This document shows, piece after piece, positions 49,582 to 57,459 of a DNA stretch of 64,000 nucleotides. This stretch comes from Candidatus Parcubacteria bacterium (GTDB lineage: Bacteria; Patescibacteriota; Patescibacteriia; UBA1558; GWA2-36-10): assembly GCA_018669975.1 (NCBI GenBank), contig JABHSK010000008.1:2622-66621 (forward strand), read 5' to 3'. The notes under the pieces were generated by a model. That model worked only from the letters and a program-made list of their open reading frames with translations, ran no database searches and was not told the origin of the DNA. The stretch's first letter is position 1. Every line of letters starts with the position of its first letter. Made by a program: the position numbers and the translations under genes.

Positions 49582-51219
49582 ATGATGGAAATAGCTAAAA
49601 GAAAATTTTATCATCCATTAGTCTGGTTGATTTTTTTAGTGGTCGCCCTATTGGCATATCATAAGTCACTGGGAAATTATTTTGTTTCAGATGATTGGCA
49701 TTGGCTATCATTGGCTAGAGATACCAGTTGGAGCTGGCATATTTTTTGGTCTAACTATGAGGGCACCAACTTAGGTGGGTCCTATAATCCATTATTAATT
49801 TCAATCTGGAAGTTATTTTTTAATATTTTTCAGCTCAAATATTCTGCTTATCATTTAGTGAGTTTGATTTTGCATGCCAGTAACGCTTTTGTGCTTTATC
49901 TACTCGCTAAAAAAATATTTACTTTGACCAAACTAGCCAGTAAAGAATTTTGGTCTATTGTGGCTGCTAGTTTATTTTTGTTGTGGCCAGTGCAGGTAGA
50001 GGCTGTTACTTGGATTTCAGCTTGGCCACATCCTTGGGTAACTATACTTTATTTACTATCATTATTATTTTATTTTTCCTGGCGTCAGCAAGGACGCAGA
50101 AAGCACATTTACGTATCTTTAATATTTTTTGTTTTAGCTTTATTGATTAAAGAAGTGGCCATTAGTTTGCCATTTGTGATTTTATTGTGGGAAGCTTATT
50201 TTCATTCTACTAGAGATAGAATCAAAACCAAGACATTGCCCATCTATTTTATTATTCTAGCCTTGTTTATTTTTATTCGCTATCAAGCTACGGCAGTTTT
50301 ATTTGGTTATTATGGTCGCAGTTCGTTTGGTTGGCCAATTAAAGAATGGATCGGCAACATAGGCGGACTCCTTAATGATTTTCTATCAGCTGGATATTTT
50401 AGGGAAATGTATTTTAAGGGATGGTATCATTATCTTGATTCGCTGGTTATTGTGATCACGGTTGCTCTGGGAATATATTTTTATTATCTACTGGCAAAGA
50501 AAAAATTTTTACAGTTTACTATTTTCTTCTCTTTGCTACTTAGCATGGTGCCAGCTTTACCGCTTGGTCTTAGTCGAACAACTTTTGAAGGAGAGCGATA
50601 TCTTTATCTACCGAGTATATTTTTTATTCTTTGGTTTGTATATATCCTAGCTAAGATACGTTTAGCTCAAAAATTTAAATATATATTGCTAGTAGTTTTA
50701 TTGTTGTCTAATCTGGTTACTGTTTGTTATAAAAATAATATTTGGCGAGCAGCCGCAGATTTAAGCAATCAAATAGTCAGTAGTTTTGATAGATTGGATT
50801 CCCCAGCTGGGCAAAAACTAATGACAGTGGCCCTGCCTGATAATCTATCTGGCGCTCAAGTCTTTCGTAACAATTTACAGCAGGCGCTAGAATTTACTTA
50901 TCCAGACAAAGCCCCACGAATTTTATCACTACCAGTTTATCAGAGATTTACTATGTTTAATATTAACGATCGTTTGTTGAATTGGCAGTCTAAAGATGTA
51001 GGTTGGTTGGCTGAGAGTCAGAGTGGCGATTTTGTTGTCACCGGCATCACCTCCATAGAAGTAGAGAACATGTATTTTGAACTTTGGAATTATAATTATC
51101 AAAATTATACCTCAAATATAATTCGTTTAATCCCCAATGAAATTTTGGCGGAGCAATTAAACTCGCAAGACATTAATTTACTTATTTTTGACAGAGGATT
51201 GTTGAAGCTTTTTAAGTAA
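49582..51219 (+). CDS. Large multi-pass membrane protein, GT-C-like glycosyltransferase (PMT/ArnT-like) candidate
   Basis: 545 aa with more than 10 TM helices. The first loop has the D-D-W-H acidic motif (FVSDDWHWLSLA) seen in GT-C (PMT_2/ArnT) family transferases. Confidence 0.4.
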   Translation: MMEIAKRKFYHPLVWLIFLVVALLAYHKSLGNYFVSDDWHWLSLARDTSWSWHIFWSNYEGTNLGGSYNPLLISIWKLFFNIFQLKYSAYHLVSLILHASNAFVLYLLAKKIFTLTKLASKEFWSIVAASLFLLWPVQVEAVTWISAWPHPWVTILYLLSLLFYFSWRQQGRRKHIYVSLIFFVLALLIKEVAISLPFVILLWEAYFHSTRDRIKTKTLPIYFIILALFIFIRYQATAVLFGYYGRSSFGWPIKEWIGNIGGLLNDFLSAGYFREMYFKGWYHYLDSLVIVITVALGIYFYYLLAKKKFLQFTIFFSLLLSMVPALPLGLSRTTFEGERYLYLPSIFFILWFVYILAKIRLAQKFKYILLVVLLLSNLVTVCYKNNIWRAAADLSNQIVSSFDRLDSPAGQKLMTVALPDNLSGAQVFRNNLQQALEFTYPDKAPRILSLPVYQRFTMFNINDRLLNWQSKDVGWLAESQSGDFVVTGITSIEVENMYFELWNYNYQNYTSNIIRLIPNEILAEQLNSQDINLLIFDRGLLKLFK

Positions 51220-51255
51220 TTTAGACAAAAAATTCACCTTGACCTTATCCATGAC

Positions 51256-51290
51256 GCGTGTTATAAATAAGTGTTTTTGTAGTACTTTTA
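51256..51290 (+). promoter_or_regulatory. Candidate sigma70-like promoter (TTGACC-17-TATAAA) upstream of the MutS-domain gene
   Basis: ttgacc ttatccatgacgcgtgt tataaat, about 100 nt upstream of the RBS aaaaggagag. Confidence 0.3.
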
Positions 51291-51388
51291 TATTTAGAGA
51301 ATAACTAGTGTTTTAGACTAGTGCTATATAGATTATCGTAAGTATTGTCACGGTAAAAACCTAAAACCACACTCAAAAGGAGAGTCAA

Positions 51389-53425
51389 ATGGCCGCAACC
51401 GTACCGAAGATTCCCTATCCGGAACCTGATAAGCTCACTCTTTGGAACACCAGTGTTTCCAAGAAGGATCGTCTCAGGATTATTAATGAGGAAGATTTTC
51501 CTCGCGAGGAGATTCTCAGTAGTCTGGGTCTGGGTAAGAAATCGGAATTGGTCAAAAGTTTTGGTATCACTGATGAAGGTGAGCTTCGTGCTCGTCATGC
51601 ACTCGGTGCCATGCTCTTAGCCGACGATGATTTCATGGACTGGTCACGACAGAATCATCGTTCGTTACCCAATATTCCCGCGAACGAAGGAGCTTTTTTG
51701 GAGTTCTATGATCCCCAGTTGGAGCACAATCCCTACTGGACTGAAGTTCATCGTTTCCTGGCTTTCGTGGACAACTATCCCGATCCGCCTGTCAGGCTCA
51801 AGCAAGTAGCTGACAAGCTGCGCGAAGGCTTACCTCTCGAGGACATGGAGACCGAAATGGCTCGGCAGATTGCTGAGCGACTCAAGGTCGTCACGGTTAT
51901 CGAGGGTGTCATGCACATGAGACTGGTTGTGGATCACTATACGCCTACCAAGAAAAATGCCGAAGGCGAGAAGGTTCCCAATGGTCCGTCATTTTGGAGA
52001 CTGAAAGATATTTCTCATTCACACAGCAGGGTATTTGGCCATCGGCTCTATAGTCAAGGCCTGTCCTCTGTGCGTATGGTGGAAAATCCCGACTGGAACA
52101 AAAGCAAGTGGAATCCGGCCATCTGGCTGGGTATTGCTAAGGCTTGGCGGGGTGTCGTTAATCTGCGTAACTGGTGGCGTCGCCGTAAGGCTTATCGTCA
52201 GATGGTGATCACCGGGCAAAGCAAAGATATGGTTAAGGATGTTGGCGACGCTATCAAGCGACGCATTTCTAAGGTTCCTATGAGCGATAAGTTCAATGGA
52301 GCGCTAGTGACAGTGTCTTTTGTCTATGACAAGGATGGTCTTAGGGTTCAGATTATGGACATCAAGTCTGCCAAGCGTACCCTGGATAGTGATCAACGTC
52401 GCGAGATTTCTTCGGGCGTCGATAATTTCGAGGGCTATACTTCATTACAGAAGGAGCAGATCGAAAGGGCTCACGTCGAGCGACGTGAAGCTGCTATGGA
52501 ACTGCAACGTTGTCAGAAGTCCGACGCTCTGCGCCTACTTTTAGCAGCAGTTAATCCAAGCTTCTTCAGTAGTCTGACAACCGAGCGCTCAACGGAGATG
52601 GACAAAGAGTATCGCTGGTTCGCTATCAGTAATGAATACTACGGTCGCTGGGATGAGCTTTATCAAGCTCTGCGTCAGAATCGTGGTTTCTTTACCCGTC
52701 ACTTCAATCGACTGAGCCAGGTGGCTGAGTTGGTCAACAAGGTGGCTGATAAGGGTAGAGATCTCGGTGTCCCTGTTTGTTCACCGGAGATTGTTTCCAA
52801 TGGTCATATTGTGGTCTTTGAAAAACTCTGGCCTACACACCTGCTTTTCCGTTTGGATCGCAAGTCGGTAGTTCCGATCGAGCGTTTGCCCGAGCTCAAT
52901 GGGCAGATGATCGGTTTGACTGGCAAGCATGGTGGCGGCAAGACTGAAACTCAGATTGCGGTGGTAGCCAACATCTATCTGGCCCATTCTGGTGTACCGG
53001 TCTTCGGCAGCTACTTCAAGTCCAACGTCAAAAAGGTGTTGGGTATGGTCTTTATTGCCCAGCGTGGTGATGGCTCGACCTGCGAGATGTTGCTGGCCAA
53101 GATCCGCAAGGTCCTCGAAGGTATCAAAAAGTGCGACGGCAGAGAAGTCGTACTGGTACTGGACGAGGTCGGTTCGGCTACTCAGGAAGTGGCTGGCTTC
53201 GAACTCGGTCGTGACCTGCTGTCCACTCTGTCCGGACGAAACGTCTCTGTGCTCTTTAGCACGCAGATCACTTCGCTGGCAGAGTATGCTGACACTGAAC
53301 TGGGAGCTTTGAGTTTCCAGATGGATCGCAAGCACAGGATTAATACCGGCATCGGTGATGGCGGCATGACTGACTTGCGTCGTTCCATGGGAGTGGATAA
53401 GTTCCTGACCAAAGTCGCTAGCTAA
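51389..53425 (+). CDS. Standalone MutS domain V-like ABC ATPase with large uncharacterised N-terminal region
   Basis: C-terminal 230 aa: IGLTGKHGGGKTETQIAVVANIYLAHSGVPVFG (compare MutS [31 protein letters not shown]), GDGSTCEMLLAKI (MutS GRSTFMVEM), VVLVLDEVGSATQEVAGFELGRDLLSTL (MutS [23 protein letters not shown]), VLFSTQITSLAE (MutS TLFATHYFELT). The N-terminal roughly 450 aa have no recognisable motif. The coding DNA is visibly G+C-richer than the genome background. Confidence 0.6.
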   Translation: MAATVPKIPYPEPDKLTLWNTSVSKKDRLRIINEEDFPREEILSSLGLGKKSELVKSFGITDEGELRARHALGAMLLADDDFMDWSRQNHRSLPNIPANEGAFLEFYDPQLEHNPYWTEVHRFLAFVDNYPDPPVRLKQVADKLREGLPLEDMETEMARQIAERLKVVTVIEGVMHMRLVVDHYTPTKKNAEGEKVPNGPSFWRLKDISHSHSRVFGHRLYSQGLSSVRMVENPDWNKSKWNPAIWLGIAKAWRGVVNLRNWWRRRKAYRQMVITGQSKDMVKDVGDAIKRRISKVPMSDKFNGALVTVSFVYDKDGLRVQIMDIKSAKRTLDSDQRREISSGVDNFEGYTSLQKEQIERAHVERREAAMELQRCQKSDALRLLLAAVNPSFFSSLTTERSTEMDKEYRWFAISNEYYGRWDELYQALRQNRGFFTRHFNRLSQVAELVNKVADKGRDLGVPVCSPEIVSNGHIVVFEKLWPTHLLFRLDRKSVVPIERLPELNGQMIGLTGKHGGGKTETQIAVVANIYLAHSGVPVFGSYFKSNVKKVLGMVFIAQRGDGSTCEMLLAKIRKVLEGIKKCDGREVVLVLDEVGSATQEVAGFELGRDLLSTLSGRNVSVLFSTQITSLAEYADTELGALSFQMDRKHRINTGIGDGGMTDLRRSMGVDKFLTKVAS

Positions 53426-53502
53426 TTCTCTAATCTATATTCCCTGTCACTTCGGTGGCAGGGCTTTTTATTTTCTTGAAAAACAGAATACCCCTTTAAT
53501 CG

Positions 53503-53531
53503 TTGACATTTCGTAAAAAATATGGTATTAT
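53503..53531 (+). promoter_or_regulatory. Strong sigma70-like promoter (TTGACA-17-TATTAT) followed by a leader hairpin
   Basis: ttgaca-tttcgtaaaaaatatgg-tattat. About 30 nt downstream is the hairpin accacg-gggttt-cgtggt, within the 5' leader of the 53576/53606 ORF. Confidence 0.45.
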
Positions 53532-53605
53532 TTCTAATCGCGTAAATTTAAGCGCAAAACCCACCACGGGGTTTCGTGGTAGCACTTTCACAAAGAGGTT
53601 GTGCA

Positions 53606-54205
53606 ATGCACGATTACACGGTTGTACTGGGTGTTGGAGCAGCTTTGTTCCACGGTGCAGCCTACGTGTTGTACAACATCCAAACTCACTTCGGAAAATC
53701 AAAACCAAATCCAGCTAGCTGGGCCATTTGGACACTGTTGTCTATTTTAAATGCCTGGTCTTTTAAGGAAGTTAGTGCGGACAATCTGTCCACTCTGCAA
53801 TTTTTTACTGGCTCGGTGGCCTGCATGATCACTTTTTTCTATACCTGGTATCGAGGTAAACTCAAAAGCCTCAAGCCTAGCGAATGGAGAATTTTAGCTC
53901 TAGCTTTGTCAGTCATCCTAGTCTGGCGAATATTTAACAGCGCTACTGGTGCTAACATGCTCGTCGTCCTAACTTTCATCATTTCATTTATTCCCACCCT
54001 TAAGGGTGTACTAGCTGATCCGTTCAAGGAGTCACCGCGTTCTTGGTGGCTATGGACTATGGCTTTTGCCCTTACCATCGGTAGTATCCTACTGCGTTGG
54101 AGGGGAGAACCTCTAGCACTGGTCATGCCGATCGTTCTGTTGATTGCTCACGGCAGTATTGCCGTACTTTCATCGCAGAAGCGTAAAGATAAATTTTCCA
54201 CTTGA
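53606..54205 (+). CDS. Hypothetical multi-pass membrane protein (G+C-rich island)
   Basis: About 200 aa with 6 predicted TM helices (VVLGVGAALFHGAAYVLY...; WAIWTLLSILNAW...). The start is ambiguous between GTG/ATG 53576 and ATG 53606 (MHDYTVVL). G+C is higher than the flanking genome. Confidence 0.45.
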   Translation: MHDYTVVLGVGAALFHGAAYVLYNIQTHFGKSKPNPASWAIWTLLSILNAWSFKEVSADNLSTLQFFTGSVACMITFFYTWYRGKLKSLKPSEWRILALALSVILVWRIFNSATGANMLVVLTFIISFIPTLKGVLADPFKESPRSWWLWTMAFALTIGSILLRWRGEPLALVMPIVLLIAHGSIAVLSSQKRKDKFST

Positions 54206-54217
54206 GTTATTCGACAC

Positions 54218-54265
54218 CGAGGCAAGTATTTCACAGCATGTGAAACAACTACCTCGGTTTTTTAA
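54218..54265 (+). terminator. Rho-independent terminator
   Basis: accgagg-caagtatttcacagcatgtgaaacaactac-ctcggtttttt. Confidence 0.55.
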
Positions 54266-54305
54266 TAAATAAAAGAACAGCTCCACGGGGAGTTGTTCTT
54301 CAAGT

Positions 54306-54797
54306 CTAATTTTTACTAGTACCTATCACTATCAAAGTTTTTCCATTGTCTTCTCCAATGGTAATGGAGACACTACGGTCATCTTTCTCAGCGCCTAGCA
54401 TGACATTGTTTTCAATCACGAAAGACATGGTTGTATTCCAGCCTTCTTCTTCTAATTTGTTTTCATACTCCTCTTGTAGCTCGGTGACAGATTTAGTAGA
54501 TTCAATACTGACATTAAAGATTCCATTTTCATGACTAGAGGCAGAAGTAATTGCACCTTCGGCAATATAAATGTCATCTGGCCAATCTTCAGGTAATTCT
54601 GTTCCAGCGCCAACTTGCATCGTGCCTTCATCAGTTTTTATTTTTACAGAGTCATCGTCTAGATCCACATCTGCATTGCCACCCATGGAGTTTTCAATTT
54701 GTTTCTCCATTGATTTTTCAGTAGCCGTTTTCTTGCCACAAGCACTAAGTGTTAGTGATAGCAACAAACAAAAGCTAATAATAAAGAGTTTTTTCAT
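54306..54797 (-). CDS. Putative lipoprotein (hypothetical)
   Basis: Signal peptide plus lipobox: MKKLFIISFCLLLSLTLSACGKK. The mature part is acidic and soluble. Confidence 0.5.
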   Translation of the reverse strand: MKKLFIISFCLLLSLTLSACGKKTATEKSMEKQIENSMGGNADVDLDDDSVKIKTDEGTMQVGAGTELPEDWPDDIYIAEGAITSASSHENGIFNVSIESTKSVTELQEEYENKLEEEGWNTTMSFVIENNVMLGAEKDDRSVSITIGEDNGKTLIVIGTSKN

Positions 54798-54806
54798 ATG
54801 CTTTTA

Positions 54807-55454
54807 TTAATTATTGAATAAATAATTTCCTCCGGTAGCACTACAGGTGCCGGCTGCATAGGTGATTAAGTCACCAGTGATTGGATCACCACCATGAGGA
54901 TAATACCAAATAATTGTTTCGTAACTAGTACCAACAGAATTTTGGCAGCCTCCTGAGGTGGGTTGCGGACAAGGATTATCACTATATATGCCTACACCTT
55001 GGCAGTTTAAATCTTTGACACTTGGGGTTGCCCAATAAGAGCCAATATAGTCTGTGCAAACACTAGAATCGTTTATCACATTACATGAACCAATAGCATT
55101 AGACTCCTCACCACTACCTGGTCCGTTTGGTTCATCATCTTCTAGTCCAGCATAATAATCGTCTGATCCGGGTCCTTGTGGCTCTGGTTCATATGGCAGT
55201 TCTTCACCTGATCCGGGTCCAGTTGGTTCTGGTGAATAATCGAATTCACCACTGCCAGGACCATCGTAGGCGGGATCATGTTCTAGTCCAGCATTATAAT
55301 CATCTGAACCGGGATTATCGTATTCGGCAAAATCTCCACTACCTGGTCCTGTCGGTTCGTCGGGAAACCAATCATCAAGTTGAGTATAAATAATGCCACC
55401 AACAATTACTAAAGCAGCTGCTCCTCCTATGGCAATTCCCTTTAATCTATCCAT
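54807..55454 (-). CDS. Secreted/anchored acidic repeat protein with GPGSG(E/D) repeats and Cys-rich C-terminal domain
   Basis: N-terminal TM helix, then at least 5 repeats of (E/D)P-x-GPGSG(E/D)... (PTGPGSGDFAEYDNPGSDDY / DGPGSGEFDYSPEPTGPGSGEELPYEPEPQGPGSDDYY / PNGPGSGEE). The C-terminal roughly 90 aa contain 8 Cys. Confidence 0.45.
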   Translation of the reverse strand: MDRLKGIAIGGAAALVIVGGIIYTQLDDWFPDEPTGPGSGDFAEYDNPGSDDYNAGLEHDPAYDGPGSGEFDYSPEPTGPGSGEELPYEPEPQGPGSDDYYAGLEDDEPNGPGSGEESNAIGSCNVINDSSVCTDYIGSYWATPSVKDLNCQGVGIYSDNPCPQPTSGGCQNSVGTSYETIIWYYPHGGDPITGDLITYAAGTCSATGGNYLFNN

Positions 55455-55543
55455 AATAGTTATTAATTTTATTATATAAGCATTATAGCACTAAAATTTT
55501 TTATGTAAAATAAAAGGAGCCGCTAAGCGACTCCAGGATAAAA

Positions 55544-56614
55544 TTAATTGGGTTGGCGATAAGCGAATTTGTATTTCAGTTCTTTTTCTACCAACTCACC
55601 CTCCCAGGGACCAACAAAGGTAGCTCCGGCCAACCAGTCTTTGCTCTCAGTGCTGTAGCTACGACTAGCTCGGTAGGCCTTTTTGCCATCTCGGCCAACA
55701 CGGTAACACAAAAAGCCTCCGTAGTTATTGAGTGCAACTACAACCCAGTCAAGCTGATCATTAAGCCACTCATCTGATCCTTTGGATTGTTTTCTTACAT
55801 TGACTCTGACATGGGCTGGTAGCGGCAGGTCTCTGATAGTTCCCTTACGGATGATATCACCTGACTTGAATGTCTTAGGCACTCTTTCTTTCTTAGGCTT
55901 TTGAGCCTGTGCCTTGGGTACGTCTGCCAAGCCTCGTTGTTCCAGTGTTTCGCAGAGAAGATTCAGGAATTCGATATCCCGTTCGACACGAGTGGCCTTG
56001 AAAGAAGCATCGTAATCGACTACTTCAAAGTCAGGGTCTGCATCCCGTATTTCTTCTTCTACATCAGCGTAGGACATAAGCACTTGGGCATAGGCCGAAC
56101 GTTTGTCGGCAAGGATTTCACAGATAGCTGTGATATTTTTTTCTTTCCAGCCATAGTCTTTGCCAAACATCCCAGCGCCATGATACTCAGCACCCTTTTG
56201 TTTGCCAACGCCTCTGAGGAAGCGGACAAAAGCTGAGCGAGCCCAAGTCTTGGGAATTTCTGTCAGTGCCCGAAGGATAGTATAGAGCTCTCGGCGGCTT
56301 TGAGGGTTGTTGTGAATATCGAGCACTTCAATTGTTTTTGGTGCATCAGAATTAACAAATGCACCGTCCAAGGAAATGAATAATTCACCACGACTGCCAA
56401 CAAAAATCAGCAGAGCATTGAGGAATTCGTTTGGCCGTGCTTGTACACGGCGAACCTTGGTAATTAGATGAGCTCCCTCGATAGCTTCTTTCTGAGCCCA
56501 ATACTCACTATGTGACATGCCGGCATCTCGTTTTTGAGCATATTCAGTGCTGGCAGCATCCAAACTCTTTTTTAATGCTACTAACTCTGTCTTAGTGAAA
56601 AGTGGTTTAGCCAT
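55544..56614 (-). CDS. Hypothetical 356-aa protein (orphan, G+C-rich)
   Basis: Good RBS (aaaggaggcc-ATG on the minus strand) and uninterrupted coding potential. No family motif recognised. G+C is clearly above the genome background. Confidence 0.5.
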   Translation of the reverse strand: MAKPLFTKTELVALKKSLDAASTEYAQKRDAGMSHSEYWAQKEAIEGAHLITKVRRVQARPNEFLNALLIFVGSRGELFISLDGAFVNSDAPKTIEVLDIHNNPQSRRELYTILRALTEIPKTWARSAFVRFLRGVGKQKGAEYHGAGMFGKDYGWKEKNITAICEILADKRSAYAQVLMSYADVEEEIRDADPDFEVVDYDASFKATRVERDIEFLNLLCETLEQRGLADVPKAQAQKPKKERVPKTFKSGDIIRKGTIRDLPLPAHVRVNVRKQSKGSDEWLNDQLDWVVVALNNYGGFLCYRVGRDGKKAYRASRSYSTESKDWLAGATFVGPWEGELVEKELKYKFAYRQPN

Positions 56615-56763
56615 TTTGGCCTCCTTTGTTTGTGGTCTTGTTTCAAGGTGCTATATTAAAAACAATAGATATGCCATAATATTTCACCTTACCTTAGCAC
56701 TTAGCCATTTATTCTGTCAAACAAAAAACCGATCAATCTAGATCAGTTTTTATATTCAAAATT

Positions 56764-57399
56764 TTATTTAACGAGATATCGTTGAGCCTCTGCCAGTTTG
56801 TTTTTGAAGTGGGTATCTGTATTGTATAGTTTTAAGTTATATTTTTTTGCCTCCCTATTAAAAAATTTACTGAGCTCAACTATCATATGAGCAATTTTCA
56901 AGTAGGTTGTTTCATTTTTCGTTCTATTCACAAACCAATCATTTTTATCTGCAAATTTTTTACCCTTACTTACAATATCCTCGGCGTCCATTTTTGTAAA
57001 AAAGACAGCCCTTACATTGCGTGGTCCATATTTCTTGCTTAGTTTTTTAACTAGCTCAGGATGAATATGGTAGCCTTCGATAACAATACTCCTACCCTCA
57101 TATAATTCACAGTCAACAAATGTCTCAACGGCAGTCCATATTGCCCGTGACTGTTTGAGGTAAGTGGAGGTTATTTGCTTAGTGGTATATTGACTGTACA
57201 TTAAATCATTGCTGTATTTGGTTTTTCTTCTGATGACAGTTTTGGGAAATTTTTTTGTTATTTCTTTTGCTGACATACAAGATCGGACAACTCTTTCAAG
57301 GGTGTCTGTAGATAACCAACTAACATTCAATTTTTTGCTTAGTCTTTTTGCGGTAGTTGTTTTACCACAGCGTGGTGCACCACCTATTAAATAAATCAT
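56764..57399 (-). CDS. P-loop NTPase/kinase-like protein
   Basis: MIYLIGGAPRCGKTTTAKRLS Walker A at the N-terminus. An internal Met was chosen as the start rather than the upstream MFIKKCYNLC extension. About 210 aa, AT-rich (native composition). Confidence 0.5.
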   Translation of the reverse strand: MIYLIGGAPRCGKTTTAKRLSKKLNVSWLSTDTLERVVRSCMSAKEITKKFPKTVIRRKTKYSNDLMYSQYTTKQITSTYLKQSRAIWTAVETFVDCELYEGRSIVIEGYHIHPELVKKLSKKYGPRNVRAVFFTKMDAEDIVSKGKKFADKNDWFVNRTKNETTYLKIAHMIVELSKFFNREAKKYNLKLYNTDTHFKNKLAEAQRYLVK

Positions 57400-57425
57400 G
57401 CATAAATTATAGCATTTTTTTATAA

Positions 57426-57453
57426 ACAAAAAAACCGCCAGTAGGCGGTCTTT
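57426..57453 (-). terminator. Rho-independent terminator downstream of typA
   Basis: Minus strand: agaccgcc-tact-ggcggttttttt. Confidence 0.65.
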
Positions 57454-57459
57454 AATATA

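Noticed and set aside
52992-53412. Overlapping alternative-frame ORFs inside the MutS-domain gene (52992-53312 +, 53182-53412 -)
   Set aside because: High-G+C DNA produces long spurious open frames. The MutS-like frame has clear conserved motifs, whereas these do not.
51317-56658. 9-bp word gtgctatat present near both edges of the G+C-rich island as a possible att duplication
   Set aside because: A 9-bp match in AT-rich DNA is expected by chance. No integrase or tRNA is adjacent, so it is not reported as a target-site duplication.
56716-56750. GATC-containing palindrome aaaaaaccgatcaatctagatcagttttt as a terminator or regulatory site
   Set aside because: The stem is only about 4 bp (GATC self-complementarity) with a poor loop. 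That is insufficient to call a terminator or operator with confidence.
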